A DNA stretch of 64,000 nt. Source: Felis catus. Taxonomy: Eukaryota. The notes under the pieces were generated by a model. It was given only the letters and a program-made list of their open reading frames with translations. It did no database searches and was not told the DNA's origin. Of this stretch, positions 52,166-64,000 are shown in pieces. The stretch is from contig NC_058369.1 in the NCBI RefSeq assembly GCF_018350175.1, forward strand, positions 24,554,001 through 24,618,000, written 5' to 3'. A program made the translations under genes and the position numbers. How positions within the stretch are numbered: position 1 is the stretch's first letter; each line of letters opens with the position of its first letter.

Positions 52166-53602
52166 AAAAATGTAAAAGTGCTATGAATTGAAATAATTCA
52201 TAATCACTATGAAAGATTTAACAGTTGTTATTATGACTATACAGCCCCATACACACAACACACACACATGAAATCTCTGCTATGAAATTCAACAATTCTG
52301 ACCTTCATCTAACTTTGCCTAACCCTCAAGAATTCTCATCACATTGTACATGTTCCTGGTTTCTCTTTAACCCGCATAATGCAAAGTGATTTTTTTAAAT
52401 CTTCTAAAATGAACATGCCAATAAAGTGGGCAGTGTACCAAACTAAAGATTATTTCCCTGGTGTCCCTCCCATGTTTGACTATTCATAGTCTCTGCCATG
52501 TTGTGTCTATAAAACCCGAGATTAGGTCAGGGAGGTACAGGATAATATACTTTCACCATGACAACACCATCGCCTCTGCTAATGCATCCAAGCCTTCAAA
52601 AATAATGAGATTTTAAAACCTCTCTAGTTGGGCCTTCTCACTGCATGAACATAGGAGAGGCTAATCAAATTCCATTTCAAAGAAAAATATCATTGCCCTT
52701 CTGTCACCTCTTTCTTTTCCAAGAGTGTCCTCTCAAGAAGTGTATGACCCAGCCATCAATGCTAAAGAGACATGATTGATTGGGTAAGGGGCAGAGAGGT
52801 ATCATGTTCCTGTCTCTAACTTTCTTTATCAAGAAAAGCTGTCTGCTTGTAACTAGAATAATTTGGTATGTACGGAAAACTGGAATTTGCATATGAATAC
52901 TGTATCTTCTCATACATTTGTAGACAGACATGATCCTCACAGATGATTCCTGTTTTCATCTCCCATTCTTATTCTTCCCCATGATCACTCCTTTCCTTTG
53001 AGTAAAACTTTTCCAATGTCATATATACATATCCAATTCCCAACTCATCATTTTCATAATGAATAGTTACGGAGCACTTACTGTGTGCTAAGGACTATGC
53101 TCAGCCCTAAGCATACAATGGTACCCAAAAGTATCCACAGACCCATCCCTCATGGAGCTTAAGGTTTAGACTTTCCATGGCTATTTCAAATGTCACCTCC
53201 TCCAGGAGGCCTTCCATGGTTCCTTTCCTTATTCTACACACCTACATCTGTACTACTTTGTATGGCAACTGCATACACATCACATATCCCCTTTCATCCA
53301 GAAGCTTAGGCCCTTATTCATTTTTGAACCCCAATAGCACCTCACCTGATACCTTGCTTATAGGCACACCCCCATCCCCAAATTATAAACTGAATAAAAA
53401 ACACAAGGGGAAAAAAAATGTGGCAAGCTTCAAAATCAGAACTACATTTCCAGAGTCTAGAGAGAAATTACAGGTAGGAAGATACATTTATGAAAATTAT
53501 GGGGCAGCAGAACATTCATAGTATTAGGAGACAAAGAGTACAAAAATTATGGTGCACATATTATAGTACTCTTCTTGTAAGGATGAAGAAGGAATAGCTC
53601 AC

Positions 53603-53625
53603 TTTCTGGTCTGACCACACTCTAC
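53603..53625 (-). other. Weaker candidate 23-nt microexon
   Basis: Minus strand: branch-like cttaac, tract ttatatttttgttttccccag | GTAGAGTGTGGTCAGACCAGAAA | gtgagc. Confidence 0.25.
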
Positions 53626-56600
53626 CTGGGGAAAACAAAAAATATAAGCCAGTTAAGCAATAGCTGTTTGGTATTAAATACTGATCACAAGGGGAAACTA
53701 CTACAAGTGGGTGATGGAAATATATCAAGGAGTTGAGTTAACAAATGCAGAAGAAACTGTGCCAGTCATCCAGACTCTGAGGTGAGAGTCGTAGTTCACT
53801 GAGAAAGAGAGCAAACAAAATGCAGAAAAAAAAGCAGGTCTCACTGTGGAATGATCTGTATTAATTCTACCATAAGAGTAAGGCACACAGAAGGAACCTG
53901 ACTAAGCAATGTTCTTGATCTCTAGACCTACATACATAATATTCAGTTACTCGGAAAGGGGCACCCTAGCTCATGCCAATGGCATGACAATGATAAAAGC
54001 CACCTTCAAATGAAATGAAACCATCTCACCTAAAATGGCAGATGAGGTCAACACATGGTCTTGTTAGTGCCACCTTAGGAGTTGTGCTACAGAAAGAATG
54101 ATGTCCCAAAAAGAAAAACTAGACATTAGGTTGAACCTCTCTTGAACCTCTCAAGAGAGCTGGCCTATTGCTTCTCCAGCTGACTTTGGTTGGAGTCAGC
54201 AGAGATAATAAATCATACCATTTTCCCATTATCTCACTCTGTCTACCCTTTAATTCAGTGCTTGGGAGAAAACCCCAGAAATCAGGAAGCCTAAACTGAG
54301 AACCCATAAATGTCAGATGTCATTCTCTGGGTAAAGAAAGGTTCAACATATTCAAGAAACCTGCAGGAATCTGTTGTCTCTTGATGTAGGAGGGCTAGAC
54401 CCATCCAGATGGGAGGCCAAGAACAAGAAGTTAACAACAACTAACCGCAGCTCTAAAAATCCAACTTCACAAAGGCTGCTAAATTTTGTGGTTGAATCTA
54501 CAGGTGACTCTGAAAGGGAGCCTAAAATAGGGCTGAAATTTTAACAATGAAAATGATCTTAGTTAAAAATTCCTTCTTCCATTCGAAACAAGTGAGTCAA
54601 TAAATAAATGTCCATGTTTAACTCAGGAATGGAATAAAGTGTTCTTAAAATAAAAAAAATAATCCTTTTCTCAAAACCTCTCTCAACAGGATAAAATGCC
54701 CTGATTAGTAACTCTGTTAATTAGCTTTTCCATCAGCTTTTCCATCAAGTGTATTTTACCCTCTACAAAAGATCTATCACTCAACCTCTTAGAAATCCTC
54801 CTGCTGAGTTTCAGGGAAAAAGATTACAACTAACTCAACACTGGGTTTCCAATATCGTTCTTATTCATACAACAAAAATAGAATTTCGTGACTTTCTTCT
54901 CATAGCTTGCTTTTCAAACTAAACTGACCCTATGTGATTAAGTAATGAGAATGTTATAAGCTACATTAACAATGAAAAGCAACAAAAAACAGTGAATGGT
55001 AGTGACTGGCTGCCTACAGCACTGGGTTTAGAAAGATTCTAAAGCAAAAACTAGGTTTAGTGTAGCAGGAAAGTCTCATGATTGATTAGTAATTTCTGCC
55101 ATTGAAATGGAGAGAAGTATATTTGTCATCAGGGCAATCTATATACATACTAGTTGGAAACAAGAGGAAAGAATTGAGAAACATTTTCAATAGCAAGAAG
55201 ATTACTAAATTGTTCTATTTTTAAGATTCTGCTAGTTCACATGCAGCATAAGAGTTCAATGACCTGGCCTGATGAAAGGGTGAGATTATGATGCCACCAA
55301 ATGTAATCTACTGCTTTGGGTCTAGATCACATCCAGGATTAACAGGAAGCACTATTCACAAAGACCCCTCCCCAGTTGGAGGAGACTACTCATTTTGCTG
55401 TACTCGAACAGCCTAATAGAGCTGTGGGCAAAGCGCTATGAAGAAAAAAGAACTGAACTTGGAGCACCTGCTCCAATTTCTAAATTTGACTCAGAATATG
55501 TCAGACTGACCCTTGAGCCTTAGTTTTGTCATCATTAAACGGTTATAATGGTTCTAGCACTCATCTCATTTCTTGTGGAAGTTAAAATGAGAACCGAAAT
55601 GAAGCATTATGACCATAGCATACCTTGAACACCTTTTGATCTCACATCTAAAAGACACTCCAAAAATAAATGCTAAATTAGGTTCCCAAATACCAACATT
55701 GCAAATTATTCTCCACTGAAAGATAACCATGAGGCACAAGAGGTTGAGTCTTCCCACCCCCCTCCCCGCCATCCCCTGGATTGAAGTCACAGTGTCACTC
55801 CACCTAAGTTGCCTAGTCACAGCTTGCAATGTGCACCATTAACCACACCCCCCTCATCAGTGAGGGGATAAGAACAAAATAATGTCAATAATTAACTTCT
55901 GTCTAGAACTTTAGAGTTTATCAATAATTGACCACAAAAAGACCCTCATATCCACTAGTGGTATTACCATCATTCCCATTTTTAGAATAGGAAGCCTGAG
56001 AAAGAGAAAGATTAAAGGAATAGGAAGTGGGGGACCGGGAGAGGGTTGTAACCTTGATTCCAAATGTCATGCCCTGTCTATTGTTTAAAGTAACAATCAT
56101 CAACTCTAGTAAGTAGGTAAATTGTGACAGCTGAATGATGACCCCACATTCTCTGTTATCACTTAAGAAGAGATCAAAGAAAATGAGCTTCAATTATAGA
56201 GGTAGAAACTGAGGTTTCATATATGGTAGAGTGTACTGGTAAAGCAATCATGCACAGGAATGGGTTACTAATGAGAACATCTCTCCAGGGGGTAGAAAAA
56301 CATGCCTGTAATTAGATACTTTGTTTATTTGCCAAATGAAAATAGGCCTATAGATTTTAGAAAAGAATACTAATAATAAACTTTGGCCCCTGGACATCAT
56401 ATTATCCCAAATCATATCTGATGGAAGATTATTTTTTCCATTCCATGAACGCTATTCAGTTTGAAGCCAAATCAAGCATTTACCATGCATCTACTGTATA
56501 CAAAGTATAGTAAGCAGCTGACATGCTGTGCAATGTATTCAAGTAAATATATTATAACCCTTAGTGAAAATATTAGCAAAGATGCTATCCTCTGCTAGAT

Positions 56601-58409
56601 AAAAGTGAAGAAGCTCTTCAAAGAAATTCACAATTTTAAAGAAATGGTTTTAAAGAAATGTTTCAAATATCAAAAATATCAAGACGCAAGCAGATTCCTC
56701 CAAGCAAAAGTGTGTATGTGTGTATATATGAATGCCCATGTAACATTTAATGCCACCACCCAGTTTTATTTCCTTTGTATTTTATGACCATAAGCTGTGG
56801 AAATATCTCACTTACATCTTTGGCTCTCCATCTTGAACCAAGTTAGCTTCATGGAATGTTAATTTCATTGTGATATTTGCTACCAACAAAAGCATCCTCT
56901 ATCTACCTATTGGGTCTTATAATAGGACAATTTAAGAAAGAAGTTGTAGGCATGTACACAGTGACTCAAAACTCACTGATTCTACAGGGAGATGAAAAAT
57001 ATTTACATGGACTCCCTTACTGAGATGCATTTTGCCCAAAGGTACTCATACTAACTTCTGTCTATCCTCCTTCTTTGACCATTATATTAGAATTCACAAA
57101 AGTATAATATAGTCCTCTCTCAGAGCAAACTAACAGGATGGGGCAAAGTTAACTAGCTTTCCATGGAGGTAAAAAGGAGGAAAAAATCCTGAATATGTAT
57201 TTTAAAATGTCACTTGGACATGAGACTTTTATACAAATTTCAATAGTAAATGGCTTCCAATAAAGAGAATGTTAGTTATAATCACAGAATGTCAGTGAAC
57301 AAAGACCTCATATTTGTAACCCTCTCCTTACTAGCCACTCACTGTGGCTGGCGAAGTCCAAACAAGCTGCCTTGGCCAAGGAAGTCCTACTACTTGGCAA
57401 CTACCAAGCTCCCGAATCTCACCTGAAACTGCCCTCCTTTTAGCTCTTTCTTCTCCAAAATGTCCTTCCAGTTCCTCCCACTCATCACTTCCTCAAGGTC
57501 TCCACACCTGCTATTCCCTTTACCTGGAATATCCTGTACTTCTACCTTTCCCCAGTCACCCTTTATATTATAGCTAAAAAAATCACTCCCTCAGAGAATC
57601 TTTCTCTGTGTCTTACACAGAGGATTCCGTTATGGCCCACAGTTATGCCCTCTTTCCATACCACTTAACCATGTTGCAATTCATTATCTGTATAGCTATT
57701 TAGGAACTATCATGCTACACTATAAGTTCTTGAAACCAAGAATTAAGTCTGTCTTTTTCACTCCTGTATCCCTAATAGTTCAGACAGTTTCTGGCACATG
57801 GCTTTATAAATTCATAGACTAAATGAAAGAATGAACTGAATTGAATAATTAGAAAGTTCTCCAACCAAGAACCTTTTTCTTCTGTGTAGACAGGTAATAG
57901 GCATTGCATGATAAAACGAATGCAGCAAAATGCTAACAATCTATGATACTAGAAAAAAAATACATATGGATATCCTTTGTACTTCTCTTGCAAATTTTCT
58001 TTTGTTTGATACTGCATCAAAATAAAAAGCTATCCCCCCCCCCAAAAAAGAACCTTTTTTCTCCTTTATTATTTTCCCAAATCAAACACGGGCTAGTTGA
58101 CTGAAAGCCAGGATCAGCAAACCACAAGCTACACTACTAGAAACCTCAGGAAAGACCATGAAAGAGTCATAGCACAATGTTTAGTGAGCTATCAGTCAAA
58201 AGTTTCTTTTTCAGGAAATGAAACATTCTAAAATTGATAGTAGTGATGTTTTCTCATCTCTTTGAATATACTAAAAATTACTGAATTGTACACTTTAAGT
58301 GGGTGAATTGTATGGTATGTAAATTATACCTCATTAAAGCTGTTATTTAAAAAAATTTCAGACTTTAAGCTATAAAAACCAAAGTGCCAGGGTCTTTATT
58401 TCAAACCTA

Positions 58410-58880
58410 CATTCTTTTTTTTTTCTTTTCAAATTTGTATTTAAATTCTAGTTAGTTAACAGACAGTGCAATATTGGTTTCAGGAGAATTCAGTGATTCA
58501 TCACTTACATACAGCACCCAATGCTCATCATAACAAATGCTCTCCTTAATGCAGATCACCCATCTAGCCCATCCCCCACCCTCGTCCCTCCATCAACCCT
58601 CTGTTGTTCTCTATTGTTAAGAGCCTCCTAGGGTTTGCTTCCTTCTTTTTTCTTTTTGTCCCCCTTCCCATATATCCATCTCTTTTGTTTCTTAAATTTC
58701 TTAAATTTGTTTCATAAAATCCATATTTGTCGATTTATGATTCCACAAATCATATGGTATTTGTCTTTCTCTGCCTGACTTATTTGGTTTAGTATAATGC
58801 ACTCTAGCTCCATCCATGTCATTGCAAATGGCAAGACTTAATTCTTTTTGATGACTGAGCAATATTCCATAATACTTAAG

Positions 58881-58921
<41 letters not shown>

Positions 58922-59220
58922 CTCCACATCTTCTTTATCCATTCATCAACTGATGGACATTTGTGCTCTTTCCGTAGTCTGGCTATTGTTGATAGTGCTG
59001 CTACAAACATCAGAGTGCATGTACCTTTTCAACTCTGTATTTTTGTAAACTTTGGGTAAATACTAATAGTACAATTGCTGGGATCATAGGGTAGTTCTAT
59101 TTTTAACTTTTTGAGGAACCTCCATACTGTTTGCCAGAGTGACTATACCAGTTTGCATTCTCACCAACAGTGTAAGAGGGTTCCCCTTTCTTCACATCCC
59201 ACCAACCCCTGTTGTTGTTT
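58410..59220 (-). mobile_element. Carnivore L1 3' fragment (antisense) containing a (TAGA)10 STR
   Basis: Same 3' UTR as the 45943-46589 copy (tttaaattctagtt...cagtg.aata.tggtttcagg). ORF2 C-terminal region. Confidence 0.88.
58881..58920. repeat. (TAGA)10 tetranucleotide STR
   Basis: Direct count of 10 perfect units. Confidence 0.97.
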
Positions 59221-59522
59221 TTGGATTCAGTCTTCAATTGTTAAAAGAGAAACTGAAGTTTTTGTGGCTTAAAAACGATCCAGTTGGAGACTGCTGTATT
59301 TTGAATGGGAATTTCAGGAAAGAACACTTTTACCAGTAGGTTCAGATCTCTTTCCATCCCTTTCACAGAATGGACAGTTCACTAAAGAGAAACTCCAAAT
59401 AAGTGCTAATCTACTTAAGAATTTTTTTAAATGTAAATTAAAAACAAAATTTAACTTTTTTGCTTATAATACAGATAAAAGGCTCAGGTTTAGAAAATGT
59501 GTAGTTAAAAAGGAATTCATGA

Positions 59523-60710
59523 GGGGTGTCTGGGTGACTCAGTCGGTTGAGCATCTGACTTCGGCTCAGGTCATGATCTCATGGTTTGTGAGTTCGAGCC
59601 CCGCGTCGGGCTCTGTGTTGACAGCTCAGAGCCTGGAGCCTGCTTCAGATTCTGTGTCCCCCTCTCTCTCCACCCCACCCTGTTGTGCTCTCTCTCTGTC
59701 TTTCAAAAATAAATTTTAAAAATATACATTTTTTTTTTAAAAAAAAGGAATTCATGGGATGCCTGGGTGGCTCAGTCAAACATCTGACTTATTAATTTTT
59801 TTTTTAATGTTTATTTATTTTTGAAGGAGAGAGAGAGACAGAGCATGAGCAGGGGAGGGGCAGAGAGAGAGGGAGACACAGAATCTGAACCAGGCTCCAG
59901 GCTCTGGGCTGTCAGCACAGAGCCCAATGCAGGGCAAGAACTCACAAGCTGTGAGATCATGACCTCAGCCGAAGTTGAACGCCCAACCAACTGAGCCACC
60001 CAGGTGCCCCAAGCATCTGACGCTTGATTTCAGCTTAGGTCATGATCTCATGGTGGTGAGATTAAGCCCCACACTGGGCTCTGCACTGGGTGTGGAGTCT
60101 GCTCAGGATTCTCTCTCTCCCTCTCCCTTCGTCCCTCCCCTCCTCACATGCTCACACTCTCTAAAAAAAATTAATAAATAAAAAGGAATTCATACTCACT
60201 GTTGGTGGAAGTAGAAATATGCACAACCATCTTGAGTACAATTTGGCACTAGCTTTTAAGATTATACATGTTCAGGAAAGCCTACAGGGTTCAGTCAATT
60301 AAGCATCCAACTTTTGATTTCAGCTCAGGTCATGATCTCATGGTTCATGAGTTCGAGCCCCACCTTGGGCTCTATGCTGACAGTGCAGACCCTGCTTGGA
60401 TTCTCACTCTTCCCCTCCATTTGTCCCTCTCCCCGCTCTTTCTCTCTCCCTCAAAATAAATAAACATTAAAAAATAATAATAATCTGGGTGGCACAGTCA
60501 GTTAAGCGTCCAACTCTTGATTTCGGCTCAGGTCATGATCTCACAGTTCCTGGGATGGAGCCCCGCATATTAGGCTCCCAGGCTCCTCACTATCAGCTTG
60601 GGATTCTCTCTCTCTCTCCCTCTCTGCCCCTCCCCTGTTCGCACTCATGAGTGCCTGCTCTCTCTCTCTCTCAAAATAAATAAGCAAACTTCCAAAAAAT
60701 AAAAAAATAA
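59523..60710. mobile_element. Cluster of five CanSINEs (59523-59742 +; 59756-60180 + interrupted by 59791-60010 -; ~60275-60480 +; 60485-60710 +)
   Basis: Heads, bodies and tails are individually recognisable. Target sequence aaaaggaattcat occurs three times (~59508, ~59743, 60181). Confidence 0.93.
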
Positions 60711-61599
60711 TGGTACTTATCTAAGACTGATGGGATTTCATTTTCTATGTTAAATATTTCTCTCCACTTAGAATTGTTTTACAATTCAAGACTGAATTGT
60801 ATTACTCTTGCAAGCAGAAAAAAGAAAATTGTTTTGTTTTGTTTTAATTTTCCCTCTCCTTTGTTAGGCTCTCTGGAGAATGGGGGTGGGGTGGCAGGGG
60901 GAACTGCAAGAGACAGAAATTGCAACTGTCTCCACTTTCTACCTTCCACTGCAAAAGTCACTCCCCTCCCCTTTTCTTATCTCCCACAGCCCTTCCTTTC
61001 CAGACTCTGAAATTTAACCACTTTCTACCTCAAACCTACTGAATGGATCGATCAATTCTAATGCCTTTACCCTCTTGTTGGGGCACAAGCTCCTATAAAA
61101 CAAAGGACTCAATTCAGTTTATCTCTAGATCCTCCACAGCATAAAGGACAATGCCTACACACAGTGTTCTGGAGAACTTCAGCAAGCATATCAGAACTTT
61201 TAAAGAACAGTTTTTATTGTTAAAGTTTTCTTAATGGCTTGGGTTTTAAAAATTCAAACAGTACAAAAGAATAAAAATGTCTTCCTCTCATTCTGGAGTC
61301 TCAGTTCCCCAGTACCTGTCAATGCCTATTAAATATCTTGTCTATTCTTTCAGAGACAGTCTGCATATATATTGTATATGCATTCCTATACCCCCTTTTG
61401 TTTACACAAATGGTAACACACGCTCTGTTCTATAGCTTGTTTTTTTTTTCTTAAATAATTATGCAAATGTTTCATATTGGCACATACATATCTGATCAAT
61501 ACCTTATTAATCTTGTTAAATGCATCCCAATATCATATTTTATAGTTGTACCACAACTAATTTAGCCAGTCTCTCCCTCACATATTTAGTGTGTATATT

Positions 61600-61807
61600 T
61601 TCAACGTTTATTTATTTTTGGGACAGAGAGAGACAGAGCATGAACGGGGGAGGGGCAGAGAGAGAGGGAGACACAGAATCGGAAACAGGCTCCAGGCTCT
61701 GAGCCATCATCAGCCCAGAGCCCGACGCGGGGCTCGAACTCGCAGACCGCGAGATCGTGACCTGGCTGAAGTCAGACGCTTAACCGACTGCGCCACCCAG
61801 GCACCCC
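61600..61807 (-). mobile_element. Young CanSINE with TSD tttagtgtgtatatt
   Basis: TSD at 61585-61599 and 61808-61822. Young-subfamily diagnostics. Confidence 0.97.
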
Positions 61808-61809
61808 TT

Positions 61810-62280
61810 TAGTGTGTATATTATTTAGGATAAAGTCTAGCTTTACTCAAGATAACAGTGTCTTAAACAGAATAAAATTATCTTTATTACCAAAAGGTGT
61901 GTAAGTCAGTATGACAGGGCTGTTCTGGTACTCTACAATATCAGGCACCCATGTCTCTCCCTTCTTATTATTCCACAAGGAATGGCCTCATTCCAGGTTC
62001 ACCACATAGCTCCAACTCCAGCTACTATGTCCATACTCCAGTCAACAAAAAGAAGGAAAAGAAAGGAGAAAGGCATGCCCTCCCTTTACGTGCACTTTCC
62101 AGAAACTGTACACTTTTACACTATTGTAAACTGTACACTATTACACTTACAACTTAGTGACATGGTCACACTCTGTTCCAAAGGCTAAGAAATGCAGTCT
62201 TTACTCAAGGCAGCCATGTGCCCATCCTAAACTAAGAATTCTTTTATGGGAATTCACATAAGAGTCTCTGCCACAGGTTT
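61810..62280 (-). mobile_element. Old MaLR LTR (MLT1I/K-like)
   Basis: gataacagtgtcttaaacag...gctccaactccagctactatgtcc...aacttagtgacatggtcacactctgttccaaaggctaagaaatgcagtcttta...tctctgccaca. Confidence 0.6.
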
Positions 62281-62495
62281 CTTCCAATCTTTTGCATATC
62301 AAACAAAACAGCAAAGAACATCCTACATATCTGCCTTTGAACACTTATATGAGAGTATCTTTGCAGAAATTATGATAAGAATAATATGGGAGGTTTTAGA
62401 GACCCTGTTCCAATTCTCTCATTTTACAGATGAGGATTAAGACTCAAAGAAGTGAAGTAACTTGCCAAAAATCACATAACTATCTCCCAGCAGAG

Positions 62496-62677
62496 TAGGG
62501 TTGCCAGATAAAATATAGGACACACAATGAAACTTTAATTTCAGATAAATAAGCAATTTTTACTATAAGTATTTCACATGTAATATTTGAGACATACTTA
62601 CACTGAAAAATTATCCTTCTGAAATTCAAATTTAAATGCACATCTTATATTTTTATTTGCTAATTCTAGCAACTTTA
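62496..62677. mobile_element. MER53-like palindromic hAT MITE inserted in a MIR
   Basis: TIRs tagggttgccagat / attctagcaacttta, with internal dyad symmetry (tttcagataaat / tctgaaattcaaatt). Confidence 0.75.
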
Positions 62678-63519
62678 GAATTTAGAATTTAAATCTCTTG
62701 ACTTTCATCCCATTTTTCTTATGTACAACATGCACATGTCAAATGGACACTTAGTTAATAATGAAGTAAAGAACACCAATAATCTACAAAGAATATAACT
62801 TTCCACCAAAGATTAGCTTTTATAAAGGTTCAGACATGCTATCCATGCCATATGCCTAAGTGAGTTTTTCTATGTCATAAATACATAGGTAACAAACCAA
62901 CGGTTCCATGGAGGTTACAGTAAATCCATCCATCAGCGCCAACCTGCTCTTGTTCAAAATAAAATTAGCCTTAAATTAATGCAGATTTCCAGAGGCTGAA
63001 AGTAGGCAATTCTTGCCAGAGTTCTGGTTTATTATACATGCAGAGAAGAACACAAGGATGGAATACAGACATGCTACAGCATTTAGAACTCCTTTGAAAT
63101 TCAGTAGTCACTTCACAATAGTAACAATGTCTGGGAATGGGGAACCAAGCTGAAAATTTCAACTATGCCAGTAGTTCTCTATATATGGTTTCATTCTCTA
63201 TATATGGTTTAAGAATTTGAAACCTAACAAATTAAGACCTCTTCATATCCCCTCTTCCTGATTACAAAAAAACAGCTCTGCAAAGTTTTCATGTCACAAG
63301 ATTTTACAGGCACACACATTTTATAACAAAGAAATCAAGAACTGTAGCTCTAAGCATGTTTTTCACGCTAAGTTATGTACATTAGTTCCCTAAAAGAGAA
63401 ACACCTGAAAACTCAACTTTCCAAACTTTAGCAAACTGGGTTAAAAAAAAAAAAAAAAAAAGAACCTGATTGTTATCCAGTCTCTAAATTCAGCTACCAA
63501 TTTCCAAAAAACACAAAGG

Positions 63520-64000
63520 ACAGAGCAACATTTTAAACTCTGCAGGGATGCAATCAACAAAATCCAGGCCACAGTTAACTCTACAGAACAAACAACTTGG
63601 TCTCCTCAATGTCTAAATAACAAATGGGAAAAAAAGTAAATGAGACTTAAAAAGCATTATCCAACTACAATGTGTGATCCTTATTTAAACCCTGATTCAA
63701 ACTGTTCTAAAAAACAAAAACTATGGCACCAATGAGAAGATTAAAAATTTGAATGCTGCCTGAATATTTTGTAGTATTAAAAAAGTACTGTTACTTTTTC
63801 AGTGCATGTGACAATAGTATTATATTTAGAACTTGTCTGAAGATTCTTCTCTTTTAGAGATAAAGACTAAAATATTTATGGATGAACTGATAGAATGTCT
63901 ATGCTCTGCTTTAAACCAATAGAAGGTTAGGAAGTAGGTGGATGAGGATAAGGCAGGAGTGGCCAGTTGATGGATTGGGAAAAGGTTATAAGTATACACA
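63520..64000 (+). mobile_element. Old L1MC-like 3' fragment running off the window end
   Basis: aatgtgtgatccttatttaaaccctgattcaaac ... ttttagagataaagactaaaatatttatggatgaactgatagaatgtctatgctctgcttta. Confidence 0.7.

Noticed and set aside
62496..62677. MER53 hairpin as a miRNA precursor
   Set aside because: Palindromy is intrinsic to the MITE, the arms are diverged, and there is no evidence of processing.
1..64000. CRISPR arrays, operons, tRNA/rRNA genes or CpG-island promoters
   Set aside because: Eukaryotic repeat-rich DNA. tRNA-like A/B boxes belong to CanSINE heads, and CpG-rich patches are confined to young SINEs and the solo LTR.

Overview
Mammalian (felid, judged from tRNA-derived CanSINE/SINEC_Fc-type SINEs) non-coding, repeat-rich DNA with no recognisable protein-coding ORF. 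It is probably intronic to a large gene on the minus strand: the + strand looks A-rich, the long L1 and the ERV lie on +, and the best splice signals are on -. Most ORF-track entries are SINE, L1 or ERV debris or noise. Repeat content: about 20 CanSINEs (several with perfect TSDs), a ~4 kb 5'-truncated L1 nested in MaLR and L2 remnants, several L1 3' ends, an old ERV1 provirus remnant (gag, env TM, MER110-like 3' LTR), a younger intact solo LTR with a 4-bp TSD, hAT MITEs, and many MIR/L2 fragments. Beyond the repeats, the notable signals are: (1) a tailless U5 snRNA 5'-fragment retrocopy with a perfect 19-bp TSD; (2) a strong candidate 23-nt minus-strand microexon, plus a weaker second one; (3) two short perfect locally templated insertions, 34 bp inverted from 1.25 kb away and 55 bp direct from 2.15 kb away; (4) an apparently older MIR/L2 block sitting inside ERV gag; (5) a nascent tandem repeat built from a SINE tail plus flank; (6) motif-dense unique segments that may be enhancers. 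I see no convincing wholly new biological system. Repeat family names are from recall of consensus sequences and need RepeatMasker/Dfam confirmation.
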